Positions 58,520-64,000 of a stretch of 64,000 nt of DNA are shown here, piece by piece (position 1 is the first letter of the stretch; each line of letters opens with the position of its first letter). Both the position numbers and the translations under genes were made by a program. Source of the stretch: Amoebidium appalachense (Eukaryota; Protista; Ichthyosporea); NCBI GenBank assembly GCA_963693365.1, contig CAVNZM010000002.1, forward strand, positions 10,100,328-10,164,327, written 5' to 3'. Under the pieces are notes generated by a model. That model saw only the letters and a program-made list of their open reading frames with translations, did no database searches and was not told the origin of the DNA.

Positions 58520-59185
58520 ATATCAAAAGATGACTTCAATGAAAGCGAAAAACACTGCAAGCATATCAAAGAGATGATATGAATGCATAGCATCACTACC
58601 GTCAGTAGATATACTTGTATCTAAGAAAATATCAATTTGGAAGGCGAAAACGCTGCAAGCATATGGAAAAGAGAAACACACATGACGTCATTGACGGCCA
58701 ATAACACTATCGTAGATGTGTGTATCTAAGAAAATATCAATTCGGAATGCGAAAACACTGCAAGCATATGGAAAAGAGAAACACACATGACGTCATTGAC
58801 GGCCAATAACACTATCGTAGATGTGTTTATCATAAAGAAAATATCAATTCGGAATGCGAAAACACTGCAAGCATATGAAAAAGAATCATTGAACCGTTAT
58901 GATATGAATGCCAATATCACTACCGCAGATATGTGTATCTAAGAAAATATTAAAAAGTGAATGCGAAAAAGACTGCAAGCATGTTGAAAAGAAAAAAACA
59001 TATGACTGCCAATAACACTACCGTAGATATGTGTATTTAAGAAAATATCAAAAATCAATGCGAAAAACACTGCAAGCATATTGAAAAGAATAACATATAT
59101 GGATGCCAGTATCACTACCGTAGCATGATATGTGTATCTAAGAACATGTCACAAATGAATGCAAAGAAAACTATTGGGCACATAT
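58520..59185. repeat. Degenerate ~100-bp tandem satellite, about 6-7 units
   Basis: Core GCGAAAA(A)CACTGCAAGCATAT recurs at about 58546, 58644, 58749, 58856, 58964 and 59060, with CACTA.CGTAGAT.TGTGTATCTAAGAAAATATCAA in each unit. Confidence 0.9.
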
Positions 59186-59193
59186 CCGATCTT

Positions 59194-59382
59194 TGGGGTG
59201 AATACCCTGGGCAAAGTGTGTGCAAATAGTTAGGATTGTTAAGGGTGTGTCACACTTAGCTAATAATACCGTAGCACCCTATCTAGAGTACTCTCGGTGC
59301 TGGGTGGAAGACGGTAGGTAGTTCCCCCTGAGGGCCCAAGGGGTCCCTCCGGGAACAAAACGGGATAAAGAAGGGAAAAAAA
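59194..59382 (+). mobile_element. Non-LTR retroelement 3'-end-like dispersed repeat
   Basis: Inverted homologue of 25727-25903. Ends GGAAGACGGTA..CCCCTGAGG..CCGGGAACAAAACGGGAT plus an A-rich tail, like the TSD-flanked copy at 45899. Confidence 0.6.
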
Positions 59383-59582
59383 ACATATCCGATCAGTAAA
59401 GAAAAAAATGAATACGACAAGCATATTGGAAATCCGATACTGGCCATCCACACACACTCAAAAGCCCAACTGCATGCAGTGTCTATACAAAAGACACAAC
59501 TGAACATAAAAAGGAACCTTTATTTTTATTGATTAAGAAACAATGCCACCTACACCAGGCTTACACACACACGTGTATATGT

Positions 59583-59620
<38 letters not shown>

Positions 59621-59733
59621 GTGTATGTGTGCATCTGTGTCATGATGCGCGCGCGCGCGAGTGCGTGTGTGTGTGTGTTTTATTTGATTTTTCGGGGGGG
59701 GGGGGGGGGGGGGGGGAGGGGGGAGGAAGGAAG

Positions 59734-59767
<34 letters not shown>

Positions 59768-60486
59768 CGGCGCAGAGGGTATACATAGAATGCATTAAAG
59801 AGAAATTAGTGTCCGGCAATCACAATGGACAACAAGATGCAGACTCACTAAAAGACTGCAAACCAGGAGCATGGATCTTCTGCAGGTGTAGAACCCATCA
59901 AGTTCCGGACCCGGGGGGGGGGGGGGGGGGGGGGGGGGGAAGGGGACGGGATGCCATACATAGATGCAGTGAAAGGCGAAGTCTTTAGGGAGCCTCAAGA
60001 TATAAAAGACGCCACATGAAAAAAGGAGAGGAGGAGAACACCTAGTCACTTTGAATGACTGTCTCCCTGCGGCCTGGCTCAGTATGCATTACAAGGCGGC
60101 GTAGTAGTGCCCTGCCACTTAAGTAAGCCAGTGGGAACATAGCCTTGGAGACTATAAAACACCCAGAGACGAATAGAAGAACTCAGTTGACAATGAAGGT
60201 TAGGTCATGGCGGAGCATCAGCTCATAATCCAAGGGGGAGGGAGGGGGGGGGGGGGGGGGAAGGGGGAAGGGGAAGGGGATTGGGAAGGGGGAAGGGGGA
60301 GGGGGGGGGGAGGGGGGGGGGAGGAAGGGGGGATGAGGGGGGGGGGGGGGGGGAGGGGGGGGGGGGGGGGCTTGGGCATGCACATCATTCTGAGAAACGA
60401 AATGAAGATGGAATGGTGGTGATTTTATCAAGCGGTATGAGTGTAGGAGAGGTTGATGTAAGGGGGAAATGGTGCCAGGAAATGAG

Positions 60487-60565
<79 letters not shown>

Positions 60566-60632
60566 AGGGCAAGGGGCAAGTGGGGGAGGAGGGGGATGGG
60601 GTTGGGTGGGTGGGTGTTTTTCTTTCTTTCTT

Positions 60633-60664
<32 letters not shown>

Positions 60665-61087
60665 TTTGGGGGGGGGGGGGGGAGGGGGGGGGGAGGGGGG
60701 GGAGCGCAAGAGATCAAGGGAACAGTAGTAACGGAAGCAGGGAAGCATGCAGGAATGTATCTGTGTGGGTGGGTGGGTGGGTGGGGGGGGGGGGAGGGGG
60801 AGGGGGGAGCATAGCAAGATGAAAAACGGAGGGGAGGAGGAGGAGGGGGGGGGGGGGGAGGGGGGAGAGGAGGGAGGGGGGAGGGGGATGTCCGGGCGGC
60901 ATAATTTCATGTAAGCGAATAGGCGAAGCTTTTGACCATCAACCTTTTGCCTGGATTGTGTGCGTAGGCAGACAACTGTAGGAGAGTACCAAACCTGTCA
61001 GAGTGTGAAAACCGATATACAGTGTCCTCCCGCCCCCCCCATTTCCCCTTAGTGCTCCCCCTGTGAAGCTGTTTAAAAATACCCATT

Positions 61088-61126
<39 letters not shown>

Positions 61127-61480
61127 CCCCCCGCTTGCGCGCTTCCCGGACTAACTCCCACAGTTAGTTGGAAACCCCCCCCCCCCCCCCGTCCCCATTT
61201 ATAGTTTTTTCGATCAGCTTCTTTTCATTAAGTGCATTTTAATTTGGTATGTTTTCGAATTTCTGTTTTTTTGACTTCTGCCTTAGTTTAATTGTTTGTT
61301 TTTTTTTCCCCAATCTTTTTCAAAGTTTATGTGCTTGCCCGGCATCATAAATGCATACATGCCCCCTCCCCCCTCCCCCTTTTCCCCCCCCATCCCCCCC
61401 CCCCCCCCCCCCCCCAACCCCCTCCTCCCCTCCCTCCCCCTCCTCTCCTCCAAAAGAAGTAAAATGTAATACGGTGTGTG

Positions 61481-61562
<82 letters not shown>

Positions 61563-61656
61563 CGCGTGTGCGCGCGCTTGTGTGTGCGTGTGTGTGTGTG
61601 CGTGTGTGCGTGTGTGCGTGTGTGTGCATGTGTGTGCGTGTGTGTGCGTGTGTGTG

Positions 61657-61707
<51 letters not shown>

Positions 61708-61999
61708 TATACAAAACCACCGCAGCCCCGGCCTTTTACTTTAACCCCAAACTCCCGCAATACCCTAATGGGTCACGGACTTCAGTCGCATCATGAGAAT
61801 CTCGCTCTGAGTTGCGGCTGGGCAGTTGACACCCCAGGTCCCGCTCAGTCTTCCAAAATTCCAAGTTCCGAAACGTGGCTATCATAATTGCAGTGCCTTC
61901 AGAAATTTCAACGCCGGGTACTCCCCCCCCCCCCCCCCCCCTCCCCCTCCCCCCCCCCCCCAAAAAAAAAAAAAAAAAAAAAAAAGAAAAAAAGAAAAT

Positions 62000-62320
62000 G
62001 CCCGGAAGCAAGGGTGGGGAGGGGGGAGGGAGGAGGGGGGGGACAGGAGGGGGGGATTAGAAGCTTCACAATCCAGCCCCCCCCCCCCCCATCCACCTTC
62101 CCCCCATCCCACATCCCCCACCAAAGGTTTTTTCGTTATAGTTAAACAATCCCCAACCGGCTTCAAGTCCCTCGCACATTTCGTATTTGGAAATGACTAA
62201 TAATAACACTTAATGTGAGTCCTCGCGGCCTCACGGGAATAATGATAATCATGAGTTTGCCGTGACCTATACTAAATACCCAACAAGAGTGCTCATAATG
62301 AATGTCGGTAGGCGGTTTCA
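62000..62320 (+). repeat. Dispersed repeat, diverged copy of ~25290-25630
   Basis: Same ordered sequence blocks as the 25.3-25.6 kb copy. Confidence 0.7.
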
Positions 62321-62771
62321 AATTCCCTGAAAAATAATTAAAACTCACCAATGGCACCTTTAGAAGGAGCTTATGTAGTAGTATTAATGATTAATGGGCG
62401 CTTGTGGCACTCAGGTTGGGGGTCTGTTAGGGCATTTAGCAAAAAACTGAGGTGTAACAGGGTTGGCGGTACATTAACTTTTAGTGTCACATTGAGTATT
62501 CCACTCCGGGCTCACGGTCAACAGGGACACTTTATTTTGCTTGTTAACTTAGGACTCACAAATTATTATTCACTCCCTCTCTCACCTTCTCGTCTCTATC
62601 CAACCAGCCCCTCCGCCCCTCAGGAGTGTGTCCACTTCCACTCTCTCTTCCCCACCACCCCCTCCCCCCTCCTCCCCCCCCCTTCCCCCTCCCCCTCTGT
62701 GCGCCCTCCCCTCCTCCCCTCTTTCCGCGGGCACTGAAGTACAACAAAAAGCGTACCTCTGTGACTTTCAT

Positions 62772-62802
<31 letters not shown>

Positions 62803-62805
62803 CGC

Positions 62806-62843
<38 letters not shown>

Positions 62844-63614
62844 AGCTGCCGAATCGGATACGGAGTGTCCCCCAGCCGCAGGGGTACAGTTGGTCTTAAA
62901 AAACCAAAAAAAAGAAAAGAAAAGAAAAGAAAGAAAGAAAGGGGGGAAAAAACCTCGGGGCGCCTCGGGGAGGTGTGCGTGTGCGAGCGCGAGCGCGAGC
63001 CCGGGCGCCTGCTCCAGGCCCTGTCCCAACAGGCGGAAAATGCTCCTAGAATCTTTCTACCCTTGTCGAACCAGTTACCGTGATTGAGCAAACGTGGGTG
63101 CCGTGCATATACATGGAAGTGTGTACATATAGGAAGAGGCCGGGGGGAGGGGGGGGGGGGGGGGGGTATGAAATGCTGTGACAAGTCACGTGGGTGCTAC
63201 GCAGAGTGCCAAAGTACATTTCAAACACCAACCGATTCAAAAAGTGGCTACATATGAGGCCACGAAGGCAATGAGGGGCGTAAAGAAAAAAAAAAAAAAA
63301 AAAAAAAAAGAGGGGGGGGGGGGAAAGAATCTAAAATCAGGCAAATGTGCAGGCCTAGGATGACACGCAAACGAAGCCCCGTCGGGCATTGTGTGTGTGT
63401 GTGTGTGTGTGTGGGAGGGGGGAGGGGGGATTACCCGGAAGGCATTGTAGAGTTCGCAGTACACATTTATCAACATAATGCAGGGGGGGGGGGGGGGGGG
63501 GGGGGAGGGGGGGCAGCACTCTCAGGGTTGGTGACGACGTGCTTGTATGCGTGGTATTGGAGGGCATATGACATGCGCTAAAAAAAATGTACGAAAGACA
63601 ACACCAAGCAGATT

Positions 63615-63656
<42 letters not shown>

Positions 63657-63776
63657 AGAAGGACACACACCCACACGAAAGGGCATATGCATGCATCATA
63701 CACAGAGCCCATCCTCATGGGGGCGCCAAATTCTTTCATCCACAGTACCCATTCGCCACGCATGCAAAATCCGGCT

Positions 63777-63809
<33 letters not shown>

Positions 63810-64000
63810 GGGGGGGGATACATGGAGTAGAAGGCCCTGTGACTTGGGGAAACATTGCATCCTTGTATCCTTGTGCTGCAGATGTATTTAATCGTAGAAG
63901 TGGAACTGATGGACAGCCTCCAGCCCAGCTCCAACAAGCACACTACCGAGCTTCCAGGCGTCTGCTTACAGCAAAATTACTACATGCCAGATAGGTGGTG

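Noticed and set aside
58520-59185. Repeat-spacer periodicity resembling a CRISPR array
   Set aside because: The linkers are homologous to each other, the repeats are long and degenerate, there are no cas genes, and the context is eukaryotic.

Overview
This is eukaryotic nuclear DNA with spliceosomal GT-AG introns and very dense (CA)n/(GA)n microsatellites and poly-G/C runs. The lineage cannot be fixed from this window; a repeat-rich alga or protist is my inference. Nearly all listed ORFs are microsatellite artefacts. I can reconstruct four protein-coding genes, three of them with phase-consistent splicing. (1) A ~500-aa multi-pass (7-8 TM) membrane protein, minus strand, 8482-11317. (2) A 751-aa type-I membrane protein, minus strand, 27961-33045, 3 exons. 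(3) An 831-aa secreted PA14 / Ig(Calx-beta-like) / VWD / EGF-repeat protein, plus strand, 35762-43180, 7 exons, divergently transcribed from gene 2. (4) A 1036-aa intronless paralogue of gene 2, plus strand, 47374-50484. Genes 2 and 4 share this layout: beta-helix-type N-terminus, ZP-N-like segment, 6-Cys domain, ZP-C-like segment, basic cleavage site, hydrophobic patch, TM. With gene 3 between them they form a candidate zona-pellucida-like plus VWD-EGF extracellular-matrix or adhesion cluster, the main novelty candidate. The rest is solo-LTR-like repeats, non-LTR retroelement 3' ends (one with a 15-bp TSD), hairpins, a MITE-like element and tandem repeats.
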